Source: Spirochaetota bacterium
GTDB lineage: Bacteria > Spirochaetota > UBA4802 > UBA5550
DNA: 64,000 nucleotides
Reading direction: 5' to 3'
Assembly: GCA_029564515.1 (NCBI GenBank)
Contig: JAKQPV010000048.1
Span: 15,610-79,609, forward strand
A model generated the notes under the pieces. The model had not been told where the DNA came from. It did no database searches and saw only the letters and a program-made list of their open reading frames with translations. The first letter of the stretch is position 1; the number at the start of each line of letters is the position of its first letter. A program made the position numbers and the translations under genes. Below, one piece after another: positions 43,819 through 52,872 of this stretch.

Positions 43819-45885
43819 ATGGAAAACAAATACATCAAACCGGGTGCGGTGCTATGTATCATATGCTTTATATTCCTGGCCGGCCCTGTCGCTTCCTCGG
43901 ATTGGCCGATCTATAAGGGCAACATTTTTTTCACCGGCAACAATGATGAAATAACGGTTAAAAACAGCAATCTGAAATGGCTCTTCCAGGCGACTGATAT
44001 GGTCTACAATCCTATCGTATCGGACGGCATGGTCTATTTCGTCGATATCAAAAAAAATGTATACTGCCTCGAGGAGGACTCGGGAAAGCTCGTATGGAAG
44101 CTTAATCTGAAGGAATTATCAGCCAGGTTTTTCCCCGGCTCCAAAGCCGCGGGCAAGGTAAAGTACCCCCTTGTCAAGGATAACCGTCTCATCCTTACCG
44201 ACAATTTCGTCATCTACTGCCTGGACAAGCGCACCGGAAATGTGTTATGGGCGCGCACGGGCATGAGTGACGAGAAAGAATTATTTGACAGGGACAGCGA
44301 GTACAACAGGAAGACGCCCTCGTACGACCCGAACAGGGCCGGCGCATGGGATCCCTCGAAGCATTCCACCACGCTTGTGGAAGGGATATATTCCGATCCT
44401 GTTATTGCCAGTGACATGATATTTTACGGTACCCGCAACGTGTTCATGTCCCGTGAAATCATCCAGGGGCATTTGAAATGGGACAACAAGAGCATAAAAT
44501 CATACAGCGGCTTTCCTTCCTTTTATGATACGTACATTTTCACGCAGTCAATGGATTATCAAAAAAATACATTTACCCTCTACTGTCTTGATGCCGCGAC
44601 CGGGAAGGTGGTGTGGGCCAATACCATCAACAAGCCCGAGCAGATATTCTCGCCGGTCGTATACAGGAGGAACGTGTATCTTGCGTCCGGAAGCTTTGTT
44701 CACTGCTTCAACCTGGCCGATGGATCCAGGGTGTGGGAACATAATTACGGCGAGACCATCACCTCGAATCCGAGCTTTACCGAACGCGAGATACTCTTCA
44801 CCACCGGGAACAGGCAGGTGACGATAATAGAACCGTCTGACGGCAGCATTACCGCCTCGATCAATCTTGGTGAACGGTCGAGCCCATATTTTGTTACCAT
44901 TCGGGACCAGATATACGTGGCCAGCACGTTTAACAGGAAGGTGGGTGACCGGGACCTTCCGTTCACGGCGCTCAGGGCCCTTCGCTTTGACCGGAAGGAT
45001 ATGCTCTGGGAATTCATTCCCCCCTTTCCGGGGGGCGCGTATCAGCCGGCCGCATCCGGCGGCATCATGTTCCTACCGGCAGGGAACTACCTCTATGCGG
45101 TGGGCACGGATTATTATCCCCGCATTATAGACGGCGGTGACGCCATTTATGATCCCTACGGCAAGCGTGACCCTGACGATAAAAACGACTCCCGTGCGGA
45201 CCGGGATAAAAAATCCGATGAAAAAATCGAAAAGGATGCGATTGATAAAGCTATAAAAAAGAAAGAAGCTGAACCAAAGACCGACTTCCGCACAATGAAA
45301 ATAAGCGTGAAGGATGAAAACAACAATCCGATACCGGCCGATATCGACATCAAGCGATGGGACAACGGCAAATTGGTTTTTACCCGTCGTATCAGGATAA
45401 CACAGGCGGACCAGGAAATTACGGTCCCTGACGCGGACGATGTCGAAATCACCGCGGATTCGGACGGATATGTGCCAAAAAAAATAGTGATCTCACGCGA
45501 GGATGAAAACAAATCCATCAACCTGGAAAGGATAGAAAAAGGGAAGGGGATCGTCGTCGACAATATACATTTCGAGATCAATTCCGCATATTTGAAAAAG
45601 GAATCGCTCAATATTCTCGATCGCATGATAGAATCGATGAAACGGAACACGAAAATCAGGCTTGAAGTCCGGGGCCACACCGATTCAACCGGAACGCACG
45701 AGCACAACATGAAGCTGTCGGAAAAAAGGGCGGACGCCGTCAAGGATTACATGATTAAAGGAGGTATAAGTCCCGAGCGCCTCCTGTCGCAGGGGTTCGG
45801 TCCCGACAAGCCGATTGCCGACAACACGTCAACCGGGGGGAGAAGAAAAAACCGGAGGACCGAGTTTTTCATACTTGATAAATGA
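43819..45885 (+). CDS. PQQ-like beta-propeller / OmpA C-terminal domain fusion protein
   Basis: Signal peptide. BamB/PQQ-type repeats ('DGMVYFVD..KNVYCLEEDSGKLVWK', 'LYCLDAATGKVVWA'). Lys/Asp-rich linker. C-terminal OmpA_C pattern ('NIHFEINSAYL...GHTDSTGTHEHNMKLSEKRA...NRRTEF'). A GTG at 43807 is an alternative start. Confidence 0.8.
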   Translation: MENKYIKPGAVLCIICFIFLAGPVASSDWPIYKGNIFFTGNNDEITVKNSNLKWLFQATDMVYNPIVSDGMVYFVDIKKNVYCLEEDSGKLVWKLNLKELSARFFPGSKAAGKVKYPLVKDNRLILTDNFVIYCLDKRTGNVLWARTGMSDEKELFDRDSEYNRKTPSYDPNRAGAWDPSKHSTTLVEGIYSDPVIASDMIFYGTRNVFMSREIIQGHLKWDNKSIKSYSGFPSFYDTYIFTQSMDYQKNTFTLYCLDAATGKVVWANTINKPEQIFSPVVYRRNVYLASGSFVHCFNLADGSRVWEHNYGETITSNPSFTEREILFTTGNRQVTIIEPSDGSITASINLGERSSPYFVTIRDQIYVASTFNRKVGDRDLPFTALRALRFDRKDMLWEFIPPFPGGAYQPAASGGIMFLPAGNYLYAVGTDYYPRIIDGGDAIYDPYGKRDPDDKNDSRADRDKKSDEKIEKDAIDKAIKKKEAEPKTDFRTMKISVKDENNNPIPADIDIKRWDNGKLVFTRRIRITQADQEITVPDADDVEITADSDGYVPKKIVISREDENKSINLERIEKGKGIVVDNIHFEINSAYLKKESLNILDRMIESMKRNTKIRLEVRGHTDSTGTHEHNMKLSEKRADAVKDYMIKGGISPERLLSQGFGPDKPIADNTSTGGRRKNRRTEFFILDK

Positions 45886-46015
45886 ATACGGTGCCATGCA
45901 GTCGGCCCCGCCGCCATGGCCGGGGGCGGCGGCATCCGCGGTAAAAAAAGATCCCGCGGAGTAATAAGGCTTGAATCCGTAATAATTGTGTGGCAGTATG
46001 GCAGCAGGCAAACGT

Positions 46016-46414
46016 ATGAAACTATCCGGAATTATGGTTTTGGTTCTATTGGCGGTCGCCGGCCCTCCTCTCGCGGCGCAGGAGAGACCGCCGGTTGAGA
46101 ACAGGCAGCCGCTGCTCATGGAGATTGCCGCTTCCATAAATACCTATAAAACAAAAACAATCACCCTCCGCCTGCGGCTGAAGCAGGTGGACCGTATCTT
46201 CGAGAAGATTGTTTTTTATGATACGAAGAACCATGACATCGAGTTCTCAATATCCGATAGAGACTTGAAGAAGCGCCTGGCCGCGGACATGCTGAATGTC
46301 CACCAGGGCCTGGAGTATAATGTGACCTTCACGGTACGCGACGCCGGCAGCGCGGGAAACATCCTCGCGGACCTGAAAGGTTTCAAGCCGGTCATCCTGG
46401 ATGCCCTGCCTTAG
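46016..46414 (+). CDS. secreted hypothetical protein
   Basis: Signal peptide 'MKLSGIMVLVLLAVAGPPLAAQE'. 132 aa. The track ORF starts at a TTG at 45986, and ATG 45998 is also possible. Confidence 0.55.
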   Translation: MKLSGIMVLVLLAVAGPPLAAQERPPVENRQPLLMEIAASINTYKTKTITLRLRLKQVDRIFEKIVFYDTKNHDIEFSISDRDLKKRLAADMLNVHQGLEYNVTFTVRDAGSAGNILADLKGFKPVILDALP

Positions 46415-46642
46415 CGAGCGGCGCGATCCCCATAAAAAAAGAAAGCAGAATAGCTGGGCGGCTATCCTGCCTTCTCACGAAACGCAGTGCCAAGTTTTCA
46501 ATATGGTAAAATCGGGAGGGAATTACCATATATTAACTTGTAGATTAGATATCGGCATGTTCCGGAAAAAACTTGAGCGAATTTTTCGGCGGTTTATAAA
46601 TATTTACAGTTCCTGGATAAAGTGGATGGTTTATAACAGAAT

Positions 46643-46674
46643 GCAGCCACTATGTAAAATAGTGGCCGCTTTTT
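46643..46674 (+). terminator. terminator-like hairpin plus T5, 40 nt upstream of rsgA
   Basis: GCAGCCACTAT gtaaa ATAGTGGCCGC (11-bp stem, 1 mismatch) followed by TTTTT. A second copy of the 5' arm (GCCACTAT, 46679-46686) follows. Confidence 0.5.
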
Positions 46675-46684
46675 CTGTGCCACT

Positions 46685-46705
46685 ATTCACCATTAACTAT
46701 TACCT
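46685..46705 (-). repeat. three phased heptads (ATTCACC ATTAACT ATTACCT) related to the 28736-28763 array
   Basis: Same ATTNNCT period-7 family and same orientation as 28736-28763. It also sits directly after a hairpin with a T-tract. Confidence 0.6.
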
Positions 46706-46714
46706 GTTGACTCT

Positions 46715-47641
46715 ATGAAAGGCATAGTGGTAAAAAGCTTCGGCAAGTACTATACCGTGGAATATGAATCCGGGCGGATCAATTGCGTGCTCCGGGGGAA
46801 GCTCAGGAAGGACAAGCGCCTGGAGAAATATTCGGAGGCGGTCGTGGTCGGAGACGAGGTGGAGTTCGAGCCGGACACGGACGGGGACGGCGGCGCCATC
46901 AGCCTGGTGAGCGACCGCCGCAACGTGTTCACCCGGAAGTACAAGGACAGCGACCGGGACGACCTGATTGCCGCGAACCTCGACCGGATCGTGGTGATAC
47001 AGTGCTTCGGCAAGCCCCGGCTTAACCTGCGCTTCGTCGACCGGCTCATGGTGCGGGGCTGCAAGGAGGAGATCCCGGTGACGCTGTGCGTGAACAAGCT
47101 CGACCTGGCCGGGGAAGAGGATGCGTCCATGCTCGATGACTACTACCGCGGTTACGACGCTGATATCCTCCTGGTAAGCGCGAAAACGGGCGAGGGGCTG
47201 GCCGCTTTCAGGGAGATGCTGGCCGGCAAATTGTCGATCCTTATCGGCAGCTCGGGCGTGGGAAAGACGAGCATACTGAACGGGTTGTACCCCGGCCTGG
47301 CCCTGCGCACCACGGATGTGTCCGAGAGCACCGGCAAGGGGCGCCATACCACCACCAACGTCGAGATGTTCAGCATGGCCGACGGCGCGAGGATCATCGA
47401 TACGCCCGGACTGCGCGAGTTCGGCCTCATGGACATCGAGCCGGAGGAGCTCGGCATCTACTTCATGGAATTCGGCGCGTACAGCCGCAAGTGCGGGTTC
47501 AGCCCCTGCACGCATGAACACGAGCCCGACTGCGAGGTAAAGAGGCGGGTGGAAAAGGGCACGCTCAGCGGGGAGCGGTACATCTCGTACCTGAATATTC
47601 TCTCCACGCTGAAGGACTACTACGAGAACCGGTACCGGTGA
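46715..47641 (+). CDS. rsgA: ribosome small-subunit-dependent GTPase A
   Basis: 308 aa. OB domain, circularly permuted GTPase ('NKLDL', 'GSSGVGKTSILN') and C-terminal zinc knuckle 'C.FSPCTHEHEPDC'. Confidence 0.92.
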   Translation: MKGIVVKSFGKYYTVEYESGRINCVLRGKLRKDKRLEKYSEAVVVGDEVEFEPDTDGDGGAISLVSDRRNVFTRKYKDSDRDDLIAANLDRIVVIQCFGKPRLNLRFVDRLMVRGCKEEIPVTLCVNKLDLAGEEDASMLDDYYRGYDADILLVSAKTGEGLAAFREMLAGKLSILIGSSGVGKTSILNGLYPGLALRTTDVSESTGKGRHTTTNVEMFSMADGARIIDTPGLREFGLMDIEPEELGIYFMEFGAYSRKCGFSPCTHEHEPDCEVKRRVEKGTLSGERYISYLNILSTLKDYYENRYR

Positions 47642-47642
47642 C

Positions 47643-48395
47643 ATGATAGAGGTCAGGGGGCTCCGCATATCGTTCGGCGGCAGGACCGTTATTGACGGGA
47701 TCGACCTGTCGGTTCCCGCCGGGAGCACCCTGGTCCTGATGGGGAAGAACGGCTCCGGGAAGTCCGTCATTCTCAAGGCCATGTCCGGGCTCATCGATTA
47801 CGAGGGGACCATCGTGCTGAACGGCACGGACATTCGCGAGCTGTACCGGGACCGGGGCAGGGCCGGCAGCGGAACGGGCGGTCTCCGGGTCGCGTACGTG
47901 TTCCAGAAAGGCGGCCTGTTCGACTCGATGAACGTGTACGACAACGTGGCGTTCGGCCTCAGAAGGCTGGGCGAGCCGGAGGAGTCGATCGCGGAGCTGG
48001 TAGCCGGCTCGCTGGCTCGGGTGGGACTCCGGGGGAGCGAGGCCAAGCTCATCGCCGAGCTGTCGGGCGGCATGCAGAAACGGGTCGGCATCGCGCGCGC
48101 CGTGTGCATGAGCCCGAACATCATATTTTTCGACGACCCGACAGCGGGCCTTGACCCGATCCTCTCGGACTCGATAGCCGATTTGATGGTCGAGATCAAG
48201 AGCTCCCTCAACACGACCTCGATCACGGTCACGCATGACGCGGCAGTGGCGCGGAAGGTCGGGGACTCGATAGCCCTCCTGTACGGCGGCAGGATCGTTC
48301 ACCGGGGAGACAGCGCGGGCTTTTTCACCGGGGACGACCCGTATGCCCGCCAGTTCATCGAGGGCGGGATCGAGGGGCCGATCGACATTTTCTGA
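47643..48395 (+). CDS. ABC transporter ATP-binding protein (MlaF-like)
   Basis: 250 aa. Walker A 'GKNGSGKS', signature 'LSGGMQKRVGIARA' and Walker B 'IIFFDDP'. No permease gene is adjacent. Confidence 0.85.
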   Translation: MIEVRGLRISFGGRTVIDGIDLSVPAGSTLVLMGKNGSGKSVILKAMSGLIDYEGTIVLNGTDIRELYRDRGRAGSGTGGLRVAYVFQKGGLFDSMNVYDNVAFGLRRLGEPEESIAELVAGSLARVGLRGSEAKLIAELSGGMQKRVGIARAVCMSPNIIFFDDPTAGLDPILSDSIADLMVEIKSSLNTTSITVTHDAAVARKVGDSIALLYGGRIVHRGDSAGFFTGDDPYARQFIEGGIEGPIDIF

Positions 48396-48437
48396 CCGGC
48401 CGTGGGCCATCCCGCTCGCACGACGCGATTCTCCTCC

Positions 48438-48467
48438 GATAGGTCCGCAAGCGCTTGCGGACCTATC
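48438..48467. other. 30-nt perfect palindrome
   Basis: GATAGGTCCGCAAGC|GCTTGCGGACCTATC. A T7 run begins 13 nt downstream, so it is not a textbook intrinsic terminator. Confidence 0.7.
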
Positions 48468-48490
48468 GATTGATATCTGTTTTTTTATCT

Positions 48491-48519
48491 TGACAGTAAA
48501 CTTTCCCGCACCTATCTTC
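48491..48519 (+). promoter_or_regulatory. sigma70-like promoter for the sugar-nucleotide genes
   Basis: TTGACA, 17 nt, TATCTT, 37 nt upstream of the start at 48557. Confidence 0.5.
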
Positions 48520-48556
48520 ACCAGGAATCAGCTGATTTTTATCTCAGGAAACGGCC

Positions 48557-49609
48557 GTGAAAATACTGGTTACCGGCACCGCCGGTTTCATCGGGTTCCA
48601 CCTTGTCGAGGCGCTCATGGCGCGGGGCGACGAGGTAGTGGGCATCGACAACATATGCGACTATTACGACGTCAATTTGAAATACGCCAGGCTCGCCGCC
48701 TCGGGTGTGAAAAAAGAGTCGGTGCGCCTCCACGCAGAGGCGCGGAGCTCCCTGCACCCGGGTTACCGCTTCATCATGATGGACCTTCTGGACCGCGACG
48801 CCCTGTCCGGGCTCATCGCCCGGGAGAAGTTTGACGTCGTATGCCACCTCGCCGCCCAGGCGGGTGTGCGCTATTCCCTCGAGAACCCGTACGCGTACAT
48901 CGATTCGAATATCACCGGGTTCGTGAACGTGCTTGAGTCCTGCCGCAGCAGCGAAACAAAACACCTCGTGTTCGCGAGCAGCTCCTCGGTGTACGGCCTG
49001 AACGAGAAGATGCCTTTCAGCACCTCGGACAATGTGGACCACCCCGTGAGCATCTACGGCGCCACCAAGAAAAGCAACGAGCTGATGGCCCACACCTACA
49101 GCTACCTCTTCGGCATACCGTCAACCGGACTGCGGTTTTTCACCGTGTACGGCCCCTGGGGCAGGCCCGACATGGCGCCGTTCCTCTTCACGAAGGCCAT
49201 CATCGAGGGGAAGACGATCGACGTGTTCAACAACGGCGACATGGAGCGGGACTTCACCTACGTCGACGACATCGTCGAGGGCGTGGTGCGGATCATCGAC
49301 CGGCCGCCGAAGGCCGACCCCGGCTGGAGCGGTACCGCGCCGGACCCGGCGCGTTCGAAGGCGGCCTACCGGATCTACAACATCGGGAACCGGTCGCCCG
49401 TCAGGCTCCTCGATTTCATTGGGCTCCTGGAAACAAAGATCGGCAGGCCGGCGGTGAAGAATTTTCTGCCGATGCAGCCGGGCGACCTGGCCGCGACCTG
49501 TGCGGACGTGGACGATCTCGTGCGCGATATCGGGTATGCGCCGGCCACGCCCTTTGAGAAGGGGATCGGGAAGTTCGTGGACTGGTACCGTGACTACTAC
49601 GGCGTGTAG
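48557..49609 (+). CDS. NAD-dependent nucleotide-sugar 4-epimerase (UDP-glucuronate/GlcNAc epimerase-like SDR)
   Basis: 350 aa. 'MKILVTGTAGFIGFHL' and the catalytic 'YGATK'. Confidence 0.85.
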   Translation: MKILVTGTAGFIGFHLVEALMARGDEVVGIDNICDYYDVNLKYARLAASGVKKESVRLHAEARSSLHPGYRFIMMDLLDRDALSGLIAREKFDVVCHLAAQAGVRYSLENPYAYIDSNITGFVNVLESCRSSETKHLVFASSSSVYGLNEKMPFSTSDNVDHPVSIYGATKKSNELMAHTYSYLFGIPSTGLRFFTVYGPWGRPDMAPFLFTKAIIEGKTIDVFNNGDMERDFTYVDDIVEGVVRIIDRPPKADPGWSGTAPDPARSKAAYRIYNIGNRSPVRLLDFIGLLETKIGRPAVKNFLPMQPGDLAATCADVDDLVRDIGYAPATPFEKGIGKFVDWYRDYYGV

Positions 49610-49677
49610 GCCCGTTTTTCTGCCCTGCTGCCCCCTTTTTTGCGGAATAATACCCTTTTTCGTGCCGATAGGATAGT

Positions 49678-50826
49678 ATGAACGTCCCTTTCCATAAGCC
49701 CTACATCACCGAGGAGGAGGTCGCGTCCGCCGCGTTGCAGCTCCGCGAGGGCTGGCTCACCGCCGGAAGCAGGACCGTCGAGTTCGAGCGCGCCTTCAGG
49801 GACTATGTCGGGTGCGGGTGCGCGGTCGCCGTGAACTCGGCCACCGCCGCGCTCCATCTCGCGCTCGCGGCCATAGGGCTGAAAGAGGACGACGAGGTCC
49901 TGGTGCCCGGCATGACGTTCACCGCCACAGCGGAGGTGGCGCGCTATTTCCGCGCCTGGCCGGTCCTGGTCGATATCGAGCGCGATACCCATAACATCGA
50001 TCCGGATAAGATAGAAGAAAAGATCACCGGCCGCACGCGGGCGATCATGCCGATGCATTTTGCCGGCCAGCCCTGCGATATGGACGAGATTTGCGCGGTC
50101 GCAAAGAGGCACGGCATCGCCGTGATCGAGGACGCGGCCCACTGCATGCCCTCCTGGTACAGGGGCAGAAAGGTCGGCGCGCTGGGCGACATGACCTGTT
50201 TCAGCTTCTACGCGACCAAGACCATGACGACCGGCGAGGGCGGCATGCTCTGCACCGACAACGCGGAATGGGCGCGGACCGCCGGCATCCTTCGCCTTCA
50301 TGGCATCGACCGTGACGCGTGGGAGCGGGTCAATTCGCCCCGCTTCTGGCAGTACGACGTGGTGGAGGCGGGGTACAAGTACAACACGACGGACATCGCC
50401 TCCGCGATCGGCCTCGTGCAGCTTAAAAACGTGGAGACGATCTGGGAGAAGAGGAAGCGCATCGCGGAGCGCTACGGCGAGGCCTTCGGCGGCCGCGACG
50501 ACATCAACCCCGTCGCGGTGCGTCCGGACCGGGTTTCGTCCTGGTACCTGTACACCGTCGACCTCAACCTTGAATGCCTCTCGATCGGGAGGGACGAGTT
50601 TATCGGGCTCATGCGGGACCGCGGGATCGGGCTCTCCGTCCACTTCATCCCGCTCTACGAGTTCACCTATTATAAAAAGCTCGGGTACGACGGAAGGGAC
50701 TGCCCTAACTGCGCCTGGGTCTTCGACCGGACCGTGTCCCTGCCGATCTTCCCGGGCATGACTGACGGGGAGATCGATTACGTGATCGGCAACGTGACCG
50801 GTCTCCTGGAAAAAAACCGGAGATAA
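49678..50826 (+). CDS. DegT/DnrJ/EryC1/StrS family sugar aminotransferase
   Basis: 382 aa. PLP-Lys context 'FSFYATKTMTTGEGG'. Confidence 0.88.
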   Translation: MNVPFHKPYITEEEVASAALQLREGWLTAGSRTVEFERAFRDYVGCGCAVAVNSATAALHLALAAIGLKEDDEVLVPGMTFTATAEVARYFRAWPVLVDIERDTHNIDPDKIEEKITGRTRAIMPMHFAGQPCDMDEICAVAKRHGIAVIEDAAHCMPSWYRGRKVGALGDMTCFSFYATKTMTTGEGGMLCTDNAEWARTAGILRLHGIDRDAWERVNSPRFWQYDVVEAGYKYNTTDIASAIGLVQLKNVETIWEKRKRIAERYGEAFGGRDDINPVAVRPDRVSSWYLYTVDLNLECLSIGRDEFIGLMRDRGIGLSVHFIPLYEFTYYKKLGYDGRDCPNCAWVFDRTVSLPIFPGMTDGEIDYVIGNVTGLLEKNRR

Positions 50827-50832
50827 CGCGGC

Positions 50833-52740
50833 ATGGGATTATTCTACACGATACGCGGGAAAAAAATAATCTTTCCGGTCCTGGACGCGGTGATCGCGGC
50901 CGGGTCGTACGCCGCAGCCTGCCTGATCCGTTTCTATCCCGATACCGATTACTACAGGGAATATATCGGGCCCGAGTACATTGTCCTGCTCGCCCTGCTG
51001 TACGTGCTGTCATCCTACCTGTTCCAGATATACCGGATGATGTGGGCCTACTCGAACATCTCCGACATGTACCGGCTCCTCATGGCAAGCGCCTCCGGGT
51101 TCATCGTGTACTTCGCCTGCCTGCACGCGGCCGACATGCCCTATTCCATGGCGGTCCTGGTGATGACCTTTCTCATCACCACGCTGCTCTGCTCGTTCTA
51201 CCGGATCGTTATCAGGGACCTGTATTCACGCAGGGCTGCCGCGGGGGAGGCGCCGGTCCGCAGCCGGCGCGGCAAGAAGGTGCTGGTCGTGGGAGCGGGC
51301 GAGGCGGGCCGCGTCATTTTATCGGAATACATCAAGCGGGGCCTCGGCAGGATGATCGCGGGCTTCGTGGACGACGACCCGGAAAAGGTCGGCACGATCC
51401 TGAACGGCAAGATGGTCTTCTGCGATACCGGCGGCGCCAGCCGGCTCGTGCGCGACCGGGCCGTCAGCGAGGTCATCATCGCCATGCCGTCGGTGGGTTC
51501 GGAGAAGATCAACCGGATCGCGTCGCTTATCCGCCGCGACCACCGGTCCATCCCGATCAAGGTGCTGCCGCACGCCTTCGAGCTGGACGAGCGGAAGCCG
51601 CTCTCCATCTCCCTGCGTGACATCGGCATCTCCGACCTGATCGGCAGGGAGGAGGTGAGGGTGGACGCGGGCGCCGTGGAGAAGAAGTTCGCGGGCAAAA
51701 CCGTGCTCATAACCGGCGCGGGCGGGAGCATCGGGTGCGAGCTCTGCCGCCAGCTCCTGAAGTACGGCATCAGGAAGCTCGTGGCCGTGGGGAGGGGCGA
51801 GTTCTCCATGTACAACCTGATCAGGGTGCTGAACGAGGACGCCGCGTTCCTCTCCGGCGGGACCGGGATCGAGTACCGCATCGCCGACATCAAGGACCGC
51901 CGCCTCCTGGGGGCGATCTTCGACCGGCACCGGCCCGACATCGTGTTCCACGCGGCGGCGCACAAGCACGTGCCGCTCATGGAATTCAACGAGGCGGAGG
52001 CCGTGCAGAACAACGTCGGGGGGACGATGAACGTTCTCGACCTCGCGCTTGAATACGGGGCGGCCGAGTTCGTCTTTATCTCGACCGACAAGGCCGTGAA
52101 CCCGACCAGCATCATGGGCGCGACCAAGCGGATCGCCGAGATCATCACCGGCCACTACTACCGGGAGCGCGGCCTGAAGACCTCCATCGTCAGGTTCGGG
52201 AACGTGATAGGGAGCCGCGGCTCGGTCATACCGCTCTTCATGGAGCAGATCGAGCGGGGCGGCCCGGTGACCGTCACGCACCCGGACGTCACGCGCTACT
52301 TCATGAGCATACCCGAGGCGTCTCTCCTGGTCATCAACGCCGCGGCCTATTCGTCCGGGGGCGAGCTCTTCGTCCTGGACATGGGCAGGCAGTACCGGGT
52401 CGCGGAGATAGCGAAACGCCTCATCGAGTTCTATGGCTACCGCTCCGACGACCAGATACGGATCGAGTACACGGGCCTCCGCCCGGGCGAGAAGATGCAC
52501 GAGGACCTGTTCTACGAGGACTCGACGCTCGTCAGGACGCAGAACGAAAAGGTATTCATCCTCTCGGAGAGCGGCGGCACGGACACCGCCCGCATCGAGC
52601 GCTTCATGAAAAAGGACCTGCCGCGCGTCGCGGGGATGAGCCCGGCGGAGATCAGGGCGCTCATCAAGAAAATAGTTCCCGGGTTCGAGTCGGACCCGGA
52701 GAGCGCCGGAGCGGCGCAGAATAAAAAGCTTATCAGCTGA
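50833..52740 (+). CDS. membrane-anchored polysaccharide biosynthesis protein CapD/PglF/WbpM-type (nucleotide-sugar 4,6-dehydratase)
   Basis: 635 aa. Four N-terminal TM helices and two Rossmann motifs ('VVGAGEAG', 'ITGAGGSIG'). 'STDKAVNPTSIMGATKR'. Confidence 0.88.
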   Translation: MGLFYTIRGKKIIFPVLDAVIAAGSYAAACLIRFYPDTDYYREYIGPEYIVLLALLYVLSSYLFQIYRMMWAYSNISDMYRLLMASASGFIVYFACLHAADMPYSMAVLVMTFLITTLLCSFYRIVIRDLYSRRAAAGEAPVRSRRGKKVLVVGAGEAGRVILSEYIKRGLGRMIAGFVDDDPEKVGTILNGKMVFCDTGGASRLVRDRAVSEVIIAMPSVGSEKINRIASLIRRDHRSIPIKVLPHAFELDERKPLSISLRDIGISDLIGREEVRVDAGAVEKKFAGKTVLITGAGGSIGCELCRQLLKYGIRKLVAVGRGEFSMYNLIRVLNEDAAFLSGGTGIEYRIADIKDRRLLGAIFDRHRPDIVFHAAAHKHVPLMEFNEAEAVQNNVGGTMNVLDLALEYGAAEFVFISTDKAVNPTSIMGATKRIAEIITGHYYRERGLKTSIVRFGNVIGSRGSVIPLFMEQIERGGPVTVTHPDVTRYFMSIPEASLLVINAAAYSSGGELFVLDMGRQYRVAEIAKRLIEFYGYRSDDQIRIEYTGLRPGEKMHEDLFYEDSTLVRTQNEKVFILSESGGTDTARIERFMKKDLPRVAGMSPAEIRALIKKIVPGFESDPESAGAAQNKKLIS

Positions 52741-52872
52741 GAGCAAGACACGGCATTATCCCATGGTTTCTGCCGCCCCGGGATGGATATGTGCGCATTT
52801 TCCAATTTCATCATATCCCGGCGTGGCCGGCGGATAGAATAAGCGGCACTACAATCATCAGGGCGATACATA

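Noticed and set aside
46700-48521. Minus-strand ORFs of 364 aa and 318 aa over rsgA and the ABC ATPase gene
   Set aside because: They are antisense to two genes with textbook GTPase and ABC motifs.
49597-50643. 348-aa minus-strand ORF
   Set aside because: It is antisense to the DegT-family aminotransferase and has shadow-ORF composition.
51319-52746. 475-aa minus-strand ORF (also 51198..52148, 316 aa)
   Set aside because: It is antisense to the CapD/PglF-type gene, has no motifs and has shadow-ORF composition.
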